From Rebecca billardiae RCC1528 (Eukaryota; Protista; Haptophyta), in contig OZ251222.1 in the NCBI GenBank assembly GCA_965240325.2, positions 1,736,001 to 1,800,000 on the forward strand: DNA of 64,000 nt, written 5' to 3'. Below are positions 34,655 through 46,326 of the stretch, piece after piece. Position 1 is the stretch's first letter; each line of letters begins with the position of its first letter. Position numbers and translations under genes: made by a program. A model generated the notes under the pieces. That model searched no databases. It saw only the letters and a list, made by a program, of their open reading frames with translations, and was not told the origin of the DNA.

Positions 34655-35422
34655 TCAGATTGTCGGACGCACGGCCGCTGCCTGCAAAGCCGCTTTCGCC
34701 TCGAGCTCCTTCGCGAGCGGCTCGAGCGCCTCGTGCGCGAACATGAGGCGCTCGCGCGTGTCCGTCGACACCAACAGCGCTTTACACATCATGAACGGCA
34801 CGCCCGCCACGCTCAGCGCGGCGAAGCTGAGCAGCTCGGCGTTGTTGGGCCGCTGCATGCGCGGGCCGAGCTCGAGCAACCGCCCGTGCGAGAGCGGCAC
34901 GGGCTCGCCGGCGGCGTCCGCCAGGCGGTGCTGGAGCTCGGCGACGCGCAAGGATAGTTGGAGCACGTCCTTGCGCAGGCGCCCAGAGCCCGGCTGGGGC
35001 CACAGGCGCCATGGATCGCGGTACGGTCGGATGCGCATGACTTTGTGCGGAGCGCTCTGGACAGTCTCCAACGGCACAAAGCGCAGCCCAAAGTCGGCGG
35101 TGACCAGCCTGCCGCCGGTGCCGTCGGAGCACGGTTCGTGCGAGGATATCCGCGCGAGCAGCCCAACGGGCAGCGCGGAGCCGAACGGATCGGTGGTCAG
35201 CTGGCCGAATCTTCCTTTCCGCTCGAGGATGGCTGCGACAAAGGCATCGGCGGTCGCGCCGAACTTGTAGTTAAAGCGGCCGCACGGGAGGTGGCAGAGC
35301 CCGGTGGTGGTGAATGGCTCCTCGAAGACGATGAGTTGCCTCGTCCCAACGCGGCCGAGCTGCCTCTGCCCGAGCAGGCCGAGGACAGACAACGACAGCG
35401 TGTATAACAGCGCAGTAGCCAT
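34655..35422 (-). CDS. LON peptidase N-terminal (substrate-binding)-like domain protein with signal/plastid leader
   Basis: Hydrophobic leader MATALLYTLSLSVLG; FGQL...PVGLLARI...G.RF...PYRD; ELLSFAAL...ALLVSTDTRERL. Confidence 0.6.
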   Translation of the reverse strand: MATALLYTLSLSVLGLLGQRQLGRVGTRQLIVFEEPFTTTGLCHLPCGRFNYKFGATADAFVAAILERKGRFGQLTTDPFGSALPVGLLARISSHEPCSDGTGGRLVTADFGLRFVPLETVQSAPHKVMRIRPYRDPWRLWPQPGSGRLRKDVLQLSLRVAELQHRLADAAGEPVPLSHGRLLELGPRMQRPNNAELLSFAALSVAGVPFMMCKALLVSTDTRERLMFAHEALEPLAKELEAKAALQAAAVRPTI

Positions 35423-35548
35423 TCGCCTCCGGGTGAGACCGCGACGACGCGGCGGCGGTGACGACAACAAACGCCACTTCGCGCGGCCGGCCAACCCGGG
35501 TGGCGAGCGCCGCTACTACGCGTCGGCTTCTCCAATTCGCCTCGGGGT

Positions 35549-37189
35549 CGCGGCGCCACAACGCGTGGTGGCGCGCGTGCGTCCCGGAGCGCGATCTAGA
35601 CTACGCGCGCGCGCTCACGTGCCCTCGGGGGTACAGAGGGCCTGCAACCGCCCCCGCGTAGTGCGGCATGCCGCCTGCACCGCGTTCGCGTCCAGTCGTC
35701 GCCGAGCACCCAGATCCATCGGTGCACGCAAGCGTGGCCGGCCTGAGGGCCGGTCGGCGAAGCCGCTGAGCGCGGATCTGATGCATGCCATTCTATGCAT
35801 GCATGTGTACAGCACAGCGCCCACCGCGCTGACCACGACCGTCGTCATGACGTTCAGCGCGGGCATCACGCACTGCTGCTGCCGGCCGTGATGGGCGCGC
35901 GGCAAGCAGTGATGGCAAGCTGCCCCACCGCCCAGCAGCCGAGCTGGGGGGCTTGGCAGCCGCAGTACGCGTAGCTGGGTCCTGCAGCTGGGCGGCGGGG
36001 CAGTTACGAGTACTGCTGGGCGCTCGGAGTACATCAGCGCCACAGCGTTGCGGGCCGGCGGCGCGGCCGACGGCCGGCGGCGCGGCCGACGGCCGGCCGG
36101 CAGACGGCAGCCGGCCAGTGGCAGTAGCCGGACAGGCGGAGCGATTCGAGCTGTGTTCTGAGGTGGGCAGGCTCCGCACTGATGACAGTGTAATCGGTGT
36201 TCAGGATATCCGTCAGTGTCGTCGTGCCGCCAATACGCTCTGCCTTTCGGGCGACGGCGAGTACCAGATGACAGAGCGCCAGGTGGATCAGCGTGCCACC
36301 CTTCAGAAGTCCCGCCACCTGCTGTGTCGTCTCCTGAGCATGGTGAGTGCGACCGCGGTGGCGAAGATCTCCTCGCGCGCAGCTCGGGTACACGCGGAAC
36401 AGCGTGATGAACTCGCGGCTTATGGTTGCGCGGCGGTTCACCGCAGCGGCGTGACCCGCGCGGCGGCCGCAGGCACATTGCACAAGCACATGCCACATCA
36501 TCTTCAATGTCTGCTACTACGACTAAAGCGTATCACATATATGTCATCTGCTGTCATCAGTGCGGAGCCTGCCCACCTCAGAACACAGCTCGAATCGCTC
36601 CGCCTGTCCGGCTACTGCCACTGGCCGGCTGCCGTCTGCCGGCCGGCCGTCGGCCGCGCCGCCGGCCGTCGGCTGCGCCGCCGTCCGCAACGCTGTGGCG
36701 CTGATGTACTCCGAGCGCCCAGCAGTACTCGTAACTGCCCCGCCGCCCAGCTGCAGGACCCAGCTACGCGTACTGCGGCTGCCAAGCCCCCCAGCTCGGC
36801 TGCTGGGCGGTGGGGCAGCTTGCCATCACTGCTTGCCGCGCGCCCATCACGGCCGGCAGCAGCAGTGCGTGATGCCCGCGCTGAACGTCATGACGACGGT
36901 CGTGGTCAGCGCGGTGGGCGCTGTGCTGTACACATGCATGCATAGAATGGCATGCATCAGATCCGCGCTCAGCGGCTTCGCCGACCGGCCCTCAGGCCGG
37001 CCACGCTTGCGTGCACCGATGGATCTGGGTGCTCGGCGACGACTGGACGCGAACGCGGTGCAGGCGGCATGCCGCACTACGCGGGGGCGGTTGCAGGCCC
37101 TCTGTACCCCCGAGGGCACGTGAGCGCGCGCGCGTAGTCTAGATCGCGCTCCGGGACGCACGCGCGCCACCACGCGTTGTGGCGCCGCG
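35549..37189. mobile_element. Foldback element with ~640-bp inverted repeats and ~360-bp spacer
   Basis: 35549-36188 is the near-perfect reverse complement of 36551-37189; no transposase; TSD ambiguous. Confidence 0.82.
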
Positions 37190-37337
37190 CGCCGACCTCC
37201 CGAGTCGGCCCGAGCTCGGCCGCGCGCCGTCGCGGGCGCAGGCCGGATTTTTTTTAAGTCAAGTCCAAGTCCGGCTCCTGGGACCTGGCTCCCCGTCCCC
37301 ACGGCCGCGCCCAGGGCGTGTGTGTCACTTCCTTGCG

Positions 37338-40300
37338 ATGGCGAGCGAGATGAACGCGCCGCGGACGGTGATCGCCGTGATGCGCTTCGACGACCGGAAC
37401 AGGTACGGCCAGAACGGCATCCCCGCAACGGTGCTCTTCTCCGGCGGCCGCAAGATCGTCGTGCGCATGAAGGACGGCACGATCGAGAAGGCGGGAAAGC
37501 GCAACCGGTTTGCAAAGGTCGAGCTGGCGGACGAGAGCGCGCCCGAGGCGCGGATGATCGAGCTGCTCGGGCTCGTGGGCGAGTACGCGTCGGAGCTGGA
37601 GGCGTACCAGCTCCACTTCGGCATCAAGCCGTGCCGCTACCCGCCCCCCCCGGACTGGCAGCTCCTGCCCGCCGACGCAGCGGCCGCAGAGCGTGTCGAT
37701 CGCACCGACCTCGACGTCTTCTCCGTCGACAACGCGAGCACGCGCGACATCGACGACGCGCTCTCGTTCGAGTTCGACGGCGGCGTGCCCTCCGCCGGTG
37801 GCGCCCCCGCGTCCGCCGGCTGCACTATCGGCATCCACGTCTCCGACGTCGCCTCGCGCGTGCCGTGCGCGTCTCCGCTGTACGCGTGGGCGTTTGCGCG
37901 CGCCAGCTCGGCCTACCACCACGGCATCGGCGGCGAGCACGGCGCGGGCTCGGTGCCGATGCTCCCGCCGCAGCTGGCGCACGACGAGCTCTCGCTCAAC
38001 CAGGGCGTCCGTCGCAACGCGCTCTCCCTCTTCCTCCGCGTCGAGCGCGGCGCGGTCGTGAGCCGCGCGCATGCGCGCACGACGATCGTGAATCGGAACG
38101 CGACCACCTACTCGGCGTTCGAGGCGGACGAGACGGCGGCGGCGGCGGCGGCGCGCGCGGTGCTCCGCGCGCTGTCGGGCGCGCACGAGGCCGACGAGCT
38201 CATCGCGTGGGCCATGATCGAGTACAACAGCTACTTTGGCGGCCTGCTCGCGTCGGCCGCGGAGACGGCCGCCGCGGCCGCCGCGGCCGGCGTCGCCGTC
38301 GACTCTGCGGTCGGGCTGCTGCGCGCGCAGCCCGTGGCGGGCGTGCGCGCGGAGTACGTGCTCGCGGCCGAGGGCAGCGCGGCGGCGTCCGCCGTGCACG
38401 CCTCGCTCGGCCTCGTCAACTACGCGCACTGCTCCTCGCCCATCCGCCGGTACTCGGACCTGCACAATCAGCACGCGCTTCATCGCTCGCTGCTCGGCGC
38501 GCCGCCCGGCTGCGCTGTCGTGGACGCGCGCACGCTCGGCGCGTTCAACGCGCGCGCGTCGCAGGTGGCGCACTACCACGCAATGACGAGCGCGATGGAG
38601 CTCGCCTACCGCTGCCGCGAGGCGCCGATGCTCTTCCGCGGCGTCGTCGAGGCCGACGAGGACGGCACGTGCCTGCGCGTGAACACGGACTATGGCCGTG
38701 TGCGGGTGCCGCTTCGGGACACGTACTTCGCCGAGCCGCTCGCGCAGCTGTTCGCGCGGATGGGCGGCGAGGCCGGCGCGCGCGGGCAGCACGCCGAGAT
38801 CGAGGTCGAGCTGTGCGGCCTGCTCAAGTCCGGCCGCACGCAGCTGCGCCTGCGCGTGCCCTCCGTCAGCGCCGCCGCGATTGCGCCTGGCGCGCGGCTC
38901 GGCGGCCGCGCCGATGACGCCGACGACGCCGACGACGCGGAGGGCGAGGGCGGCGCGGATCCGGGCGCGTCGGGGCTCGAGTCGCTGTGCGCGACGCTCG
39001 CGGACATGGGCGTCTCCGAGCGCGCGCTCACCGCGCTGCGCAGCCCGGACCTCGGCGGCCTCGCCCGCGTGCGCGGCCTGTCGCCGACCGACCTGATCGA
39101 CGCTTGCGGGTGTGAGCTCGATGAGGCGAGGCTGATCGCCGACGTGTGCGCGTCGGTGGCGGCGGCGGGCGGCGGCGAGGGCGGAGCCGGCGGCGGCGGC
39201 GAGCCCCCCCCGCCGCCCCCGCCGCCGCCGCCGGACGCCGACGCGGGGGCCCAGTCCGGGCCGCCCGGCGAGTCCGGGGAGTCCGGGGAGTCCGGGGAGT
39301 CCGGGGACCACGACGAGCTGCAGGAGTTGTACCTGAGTGGCCTCGGCGTGAGCCGGCAGACGATCGACAGGCTGGCCGAGTACGGGATCGGCTCGGAGGC
39401 GCTGCGGCTGCTCTCGGCGGCGGACATCGAGGACCTCACGGGCTGCTCGCTCGAGGAGGCGCGCGCCATCTCCACCGGCACGCGCGTCGGCGCGCCCGAG
39501 CCGGCGCGCGCGGCCGCGGCCGCGGCCGCGCTGCTCGCGCAGCCCGCACCGCCGCCCGGCCTGCCGCCGCCTCCTGGGCTGGCGGCGGCGGCGCCGCCCG
39601 GGCTCGCGCCGCACGCGCGGCCGCCGGCCGGCGGCGCCGCGCCGCCGGACTCTCCCCTCCTCGAGTCCGACGTCAACGCCGTCCTCGGCTACCCGATCGA
39701 CGACTTCCAGCGTCGCTCGCTCGCGGTGATAGTCGACCCGGGGCGTGACTTGCTTGCGATGGCGCCGACCGGCTCGGGCAAGACGGCGGTGGCGCTGATG
39801 GCGATCCTGCAGGCGTTCCGCCGGGGGAAGCGCGCGGTGTACACCTCGCCGATCAAGGCGCTCTCCAACCAGAAGTACTCCGAGTTCAAGTCGTGGTTCG
39901 CGCGCCGCGGCCTCGACGCGGGCGTCACGCTGCTCACAGGCGACATCAAGATCCGAGCGCCGCCCGGCACCGCGCGCGAGCTGATCATCTGCACGTCGGA
40001 GATCCTGCGCAACAAGCTCGTGCGCGCGGCGGGGCAGGACAACGCGGCGGCGCCGGCGCCGCTGCCGCCCGCGCTCGCCGGCGCCGCGCCCGCCCCCGCC
40101 GCCGACCTCGACCTCGACGATCTCGGCGTGGTGATCTCGGATGAGATTCATTATATTAACGACGTCGAGCGGGGCTCGGTCTGGGAGGAGACTTTGATGC
40201 ACCTGCCCGAGCCGGTGCAGATGGTGGCGCTCTCGGCGACGCTGCGCGAGCCCGAGCGGTTCCTCGGGTGGATCTCCCGCGCGCGCCGCCGGCCGGGCGA

Positions 40301-40611
40301 GCTCGTCCGGCGCACCGACCGACACGTGCCCCTTCATGTTGGCGGTCTCGAGCGCAAGGGCAGCCGCTTCGTCGAGTATTTCGGCACGCACGGAGAGCGG
40401 CGCGGAACGTTCGAGAGAGCAAAGTTCGAAGCGCTGTACGCGCCGCTGCTCGACTCGGCGGCGCCGGGGCAGGTGGAGAGCGCGGCGGCGGCGGCGGCGG
40501 CGGCGCACCGGCACGGCCGCGACCGCGAGAAGGAGGCGCAGCGCGCGGCGTTTGCGGGCGGCGGCGGCGGCGGCGGCGGGCGCGGCGGGCGCGGCGGCGG
40601 GCGCGGCGGGC

Positions 40612-40657
<46 letters not shown>

Positions 40658-42963
40658 AGGCGGCGGCGGAGGCGGTGGGCGTGGCGGGCGCGGCGGCGCG
40701 CGCAGCTCGGGCCCGCCCGCGATCAGCTACACGGGCGAGTGCCACAAGCTTTCTCGCGCGCTGCTGCAGTCGTCCAAGCTCCCGGCGATCGTTTTTTGCA
40801 TGTCGCGCAAGCGGTGCGTCGAAGGAGCGCACGCGGTCGCGCAGCTCAACCTGCTGACGGGGCAGCGCGTCGCGGCGGACGGCTCGGGCGACGTGGAGGG
40901 CAAGCCGCCCGAGGAGGCGGAGGAGCTCGCCCGCTGGGAGCGCGCGCGCGAGAAGAAGCGCGCCGCCGCGCGCGCGAACGAGCGAGCGCGCGCCGCGATG
41001 CACCGAGCGCACCTGCAGCGCTATATGCCCGAGCTGGGCGAGCTCGAAGCCTACTCGGACATCATGGGCTTGCTGGCGCGCGGCGTGGCGTACCACCACG
41101 GAGGTGGGCGCGCGCGGGGGAGGGCGCGCGCGGGAGGGCCCGCCGACGCGCGCGCAGCGGCGCGCGTGCATCCGCTCGCCGCCCGCCGCCCACGCCGCGC
41201 ACGCCCTCTCCCTCTCCTCAACTGCGCGCGCGCCCAACCCCCCCCCCCGGCCCCCTGTGTATGCCCTCGCTCCGCCGCCCCCGCCACCCGCCGCCTCGGC
41301 AGGCATGCTGCCCATCCTGCGCGAGTTCGTCGAGCTGTGCTTCCAGCAGAAGCTCGTCAAGCTCGTCTTCGCCACCGAGACGCTCGCAGTCGGCGTGAAC
41401 ATGCCCGCGCGCACTGTCGTCTTCTCCCAGCTGGACAAGCCGAACGACGGCACGCTGCCCGGGCACCGCCCGCTCCGGCCGGACGAGTTCTGGCAGATGG
41501 CGGGGCGCGCGGGGCGGCGCGGCATGGACGAGCTCGGCTACGTGGTCTACGCGCCGACGCTCTCGGTGGCCGGCCTGCGCAACATGAGCTCGGCGAACGA
41601 GGTGGGCGAGATGCTGACCGGACAGATGCCCGCCGCCACCTCGCAGCTCGTCGTCGACCGGCCGTTCGTGCTGCGCCACCTCGCGCGCGGGTACGGCGTG
41701 GACGTGCTCTCCCGCACACTCCTCGCCGACCAGCTCACGCGCCAGACGGCCGCGCTCGAGCGCGAGCTGCACGCGGCGGCGGGCGGCTCGGAGGGCGGCG
41801 CGGAGGCGGTGATGGCCGCGGCGCACGAGCTCGCCTCGCTCGAGAAGAAGCTCAACGGCGAGGCGGAGAGCGCGCCCGGCATCAGGCTCAGCCTGAGCAA
41901 GCAGGCGCGGCGCGACGCCGAGGCGCGCGCCGCGCAGCTCCGCGACACGTACGGCGCGGAGCGGCTCGACACCCTCGCCAAGACGGCGGCGCGCTCGGCG
42001 CACCTCGCCGACTCCATCGAGACCAACCGGACTCTGCTCTCGGGGCAATGGCACCAGGCTGTGGAGTGGCTCAGCGAGTATGGCTTCCTGGAGCCGCCCG
42101 CCGCCGCCGCCGGCGGCGCGGAGGGCGGCGGCGCGGGCGCGGTGCCGCGGCTCAGCGCGCGCGGCCGCTCATGCGCCGCGTTCGCGGACGGTCAGCCGCT
42201 CATCATCGGCACGATCATCGCGGACGGTGCGCGGCGAGACCCGCGCGCGCGCATGCGGCGCCCTCGCGCGGCGTCGCTCGCCGCTGCGAGCGCGCGCGCT
42301 GCGCTGCCCACGCCCGCCTCACGCCCCCTCCCGAACGGTCACCGCGCGCGCGCATCCGCCCCACCCGGCGCGCCGCTCCCGCCGCCTGCCCGCCACAGGC
42401 TGGCTGCGCGAGCTGAGCCTGCCCGAGGTCTGCGCGTGGCTTTGCCTTTTCCTCGGGGACATGCGCAAGCTCGACATCTCGGGCTCGGACCTGCAGCCGC
42501 CGAAGCTGTCGGCCGCGCTCGAGGCGGCGTTCCACGAGACGTACAACCTCGCCGCCATCCTCGAGGTGCGTTCGCGCGCCGCGCGCACGCCGCCGGGCGC
42601 GCGGGCGGCGCGGCTCGGGAGTGGGCGCGTGCGCGCCGCGCCGCGTTGCGAGCCGAGCGGCGCGCTGTGGCGCGACCGGCGCGCGGCGTGCAGGTCGAGC
42701 TCGACCACAACCTGTCGCTCATCATGCTCGACTGGTGCACGCACAAGGACATCAAGCGCGTCGCGTACTGGGTGGACGCCCACCTGCTCGGCTCGTTCGT
42801 GAAGGCGGTGATGCGCGTCGTGTCGTACGTCGACGTCGTGCGCGAGGTGCTGCTCGGCCTCGGCGAGTACGAGACGTACAACAGGCTGGACAACCACATG
42901 GACACGCTGCTCGGCGGCCTCGTCACGAATGAGAGCCTGTACCTCCGCCTCTCCGATGTATGA
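37338..42963 (+). CDS. RNase II/R (RNB) domain - SAM/HhH-like repeats - Ski2-like DExH helicase fusion; exons 37338-41103, 41303-42226, 42399-42565, 42694-42963
   Basis: RNB: [46 protein letters not shown]. Ski2: [78 protein letters not shown]. Confidence 0.92.
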
Positions 42964-43885
42964 ATCATCGGAACTCTCATCATCGGGTCCTTCATCAGTA
43001 GCGGGAGTTCAGAATTACCGCTGTGAGCCTGAGTCCGTGTCCGAGTGCGGAGTGTCACTCGGCACTCCGGTGAGTGGTCGTGTGTGACTGTGAGAGTGTG
43101 ACTCGGCTTAGAATGACTCCTCCAATGACACTCAGTCACTACATACGTCCGTACTCGTAGCTACGACGGCTTAGCTCGGCAATACGGCTTGAGTAAAAAA
43201 AGTTCTGATGGAGTTAACGGACTAATAATGAGTAATGTCGTCGGACTATGTGAACTACTAGTCTTTTAAAAATGATTATTCTACTATACTATGATTTAAG
43301 TATGTACATAGTGATCGTCGCCGATGCTGATCACACGGAGGCAGTAGGTGCCCAGGGATGCCGCTGAAGCCTATTTGCAGTCGTCGCCGGCCTTGGTCAT
43401 CATGTAGTAATCGGCACGCCGTCGACCGACAGGGTCCGACTCGCCTCCGAGTAGTCCGACTGGCCGTGTCAGTCGCCAGTCGGGTTGAATGGCACCGTGG
43501 TGCAGATAGTGGATGGGGTCGCCCCGGCCGGAGTGCGCGGCCTTGGTCTTGCCGAGGTGCGGAAGTAGTCGCCCTTGCCGTTGAGGAAGTCGTCGCCCTG
43601 AGGAAGTCGTCTGAGATCATCACGGTTTTATTCCCGCATGTCCTCTGCAGCCGGACGGGTCTCGCGTCCGGACTCCTTCCGCAGTCGATTTCTAGTTCGG
43701 CAGCGATGGCGGTCGTCAACTCGCGGTCGACGGGCTGTCCGCACATCCAAGAGTAGGCGAGTTGATCGTGGCCAGCCGAGTCCGGTGGCGGGGCCGCTGG
43801 GCGTGGCCTCCTCTACCTTCTTGATCGCAGTCCGCGTGTCTTGGGCGGCCAAGCTCGCGCCCGGCCGAACCCGGAGCCGGCGACC

Positions 43886-45673
43886 ATGGATGACGAGGCG
43901 GAGCGTGTGGCGTGCGCATGCTGCGACTTCCTCGCACGCTACGGCGGGATCGGCGAGTTCTTACCGAACGACTTCTTCACGACGGAGCACTGGCAGACGC
44001 GCCTCAGCGCATCCGCGCGAGCCTCGCTGCTCGCCACGCCGCTCGACGAGCTCGTCGCGCGCGTGGTCGCGCCCGAGGGCGCGAGCGCGGGCGCGCCGGC
44101 CGCGGCTGGCCACGACGAGCGCTCCCACGCTGGCCCCCACAGCGAGGTGCTGGACGACCCCTTCGAGATGATCCGGGCCAGCCATCGCTGTCGGCTGCGC
44201 CCGTCACTCGCGCTCTCCGTCGAGGAGTGGCGCTCGCAGCGCGGCCTCGCGCCCGCGCCCGAGCGCGCCGAGCGCGCCGCCGAGCAGCACGAGCGCCACC
44301 TCTCCCTGCTGAGCGCGAAGAAAGCGCACGAGGTGCGTCGGCTCGCGTGCCTCGTCGACGCGCTGGCCGAGCTCGCTCCGCGCGGCGGGAGGGAGGGCGT
44401 GCACGTCGTCGACGTCGGCGCGGGCAAGGGCTACCTCGGCAGCTACCTCTCGCTCGCAGCAGGCATGCGCGTGACCTCGGTCGACGGCCGCGACGCAAAC
44501 GTGTGCGGCGCGGCGCGTCGGCACGCGCTCGTCGCGCGCGCGCTCGGCCGCGCGCCGCAGCACGGCGGCGCGCGGCACGACGTGCGCCTCGCGTGGCTCG
44601 ACCGCTCCTCGGCCGAGCTCGCCGCTGGGCGGGGCACTGCGCGCGAGGGCGACGGCGACACGACCGAAGCAGCCCCCGCGCGCGCCGCTGCGGACCGCCG
44701 CCGGGCCGCGGCAGCGCCGGCGGAGGCGCCGGCGGCCGCAGAGACGGGTGCGATCATTCTCACCGGCCTGCATGCGTGCGGGGACCTAACCCCGACCCTG
44801 CTGCACTCGTTCGTGTGCAGCCCGCGCGCACACGCGCTCGCGGTGGTTGGCTGCTGCCTGCAGCTCATGGGTGAGACGGGCGGCTTTCCCCTCTCGGCAC
44901 ACGTCGCCGATTACTTGCGGTCGCGCGGGCTGACCGGCCCGCGCCTGCTCAGCCGGCGGCTCCGCCTGCTCGCCGCCAAGGCGCCGGCGCGCGAGGCGGG
45001 CCGCGGGGGTGCGCCCGTGGCGGGGGCACACGCGGCTGGCCAGGCGAGCGGCCGGGGTGGCGCGCGCGCGCGCACCGGCCCGGCGATCGATCACGACGGC
45101 ACCCCCGCAGCCGCCGCCGCCGCCGCGGCCGCCCCCGCTGCCGACGGCGGCAGGGCTGCGCTGTCGGGCGACGAGCGCGCGCTGTGGCGGCCATTGCTCT
45201 CGCTGGTCCTCTGGGAGCGGTTCGGCGTGCGCGAGGCGGCGGAAGAGGACGGCGTCGCGGCTGGGCGCGCGGACGCGGACGCGCACGCGCAGGCCGGCGG
45301 CTCCGGCGCGCAGCAGCGGCAGGCAGCGGTGCGCGTCGGCAAGCTCGCGCGCAAGTGCGCCAGCTTCTCAGAGTTTGCGCGCCGGGCCGTCGAGAAGCTC
45401 GGCGTCGGCGACCCAGCCGCGGCGGGGACGGACGACGAGCTGAGCGCGCTCGCGGCCCTCGGCATGCAACGCGCCGCCGAGCTGCACCGCCTCGAGGCGC
45501 TGCGGCTCGCGTGCGCGCCGGTCATCGAGGCGCTCGTCGCGCTCGACCGGCTGCTCTTCTTGCGCGAGAGCGCGGGCTGCACGGGCGCGTGGCTGGTGCG
45601 TGCCTTTGACGAGGCGGTCTCTCCGCGCGCGCTCGCGCTCGTCGCCATCAGACATGTCGAGTGTCCCCCGTGA
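43886..45673 (+). CDS. METTL25-like SAM-dependent methyltransferase (Methyltransf_32)
   Basis: KKAHEV, VVDVGAGKGYL, GLHACGDLT, VGCC, EALVALDRLLFLRE, FDEAVSPR. Confidence 0.88.
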   Translation: MDDEAERVACACCDFLARYGGIGEFLPNDFFTTEHWQTRLSASARASLLATPLDELVARVVAPEGASAGAPAAAGHDERSHAGPHSEVLDDPFEMIRASHRCRLRPSLALSVEEWRSQRGLAPAPERAERAAEQHERHLSLLSAKKAHEVRRLACLVDALAELAPRGGREGVHVVDVGAGKGYLGSYLSLAAGMRVTSVDGRDANVCGAARRHALVARALGRAPQHGGARHDVRLAWLDRSSAELAAGRGTAREGDGDTTEAAPARAAADRRRAAAAPAEAPAAAETGAIILTGLHACGDLTPTLLHSFVCSPRAHALAVVGCCLQLMGETGGFPLSAHVADYLRSRGLTGPRLLSRRLRLLAAKAPAREAGRGGAPVAGAHAAGQASGRGGARARTGPAIDHDGTPAAAAAAAAAPAADGGRAALSGDERALWRPLLSLVLWERFGVREAAEEDGVAAGRADADAHAQAGGSGAQQRQAAVRVGKLARKCASFSEFARRAVEKLGVGDPAAAGTDDELSALAALGMQRAAELHRLEALRLACAPVIEALVALDRLLFLRESAGCTGAWLVRAFDEAVSPRALALVAIRHVECPP

Positions 45674-46326
45674 GAGCGACCAAGGTGCTGCGCCACGAAG
45701 CGAGCTGATTGGCAGCCCACGGCCGCCAAGGCCGTGCACGCGGTGACTTCGGTGCACCACGACCGGCTGGTCAAGGGCGCAGACGTCGTCGTCTTGCGCC
45801 CCGGCTGCCGGAGCGGGCAGTCCGGCGTCTGACACCACGCCGGGTACCGTTTTACATACGAAAAGATGAGGGTAACTCAAGTTTCGTCCCGTTTCCGCGC
45901 GATTTCGTCATCATCCCCGATAAGAAATGACGAGAGTGTGCAAGAGGGTGAAAAATGTCTTGATTGATGACCGAAAAAAGCAGCCGTTTATTCGAATGGA
46001 AGGCATTTGCAACGCTTCATTTTGGAGCTAATTAGGGCCCTCGCTCATTGGCCCGCTTCAACAGGATCTTGACGACCTTGGCTGCCGATTTCGATGGACA
46101 GATTCCCCAGCCAGCCCCGGCCGCGCCGCCGTGCTATACGTCGTTCATTGGAACCTGCATCGAGAACAATCCGTGGCCGCTTCGCCGATAACAGAAGAGC
46201 CGCACGCCCTGGTTAATGGCGCAAATTGGGAGTCATTTGGTGGCCGAGCAAGCGCGCGAGATGCACATCTGCCACGGGAATCTGCTTGATTGGCACTTCC
46301 CCGTTCGTCTGTACAGCGCCTCCAAC

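Noticed and set aside
43276-43852. Protein-like fragments on the minus strand upstream of the methyltransferase
   Set aside because: Interrupted by stops in all frames and no recognisable family; cannot support a gene or pseudogene call
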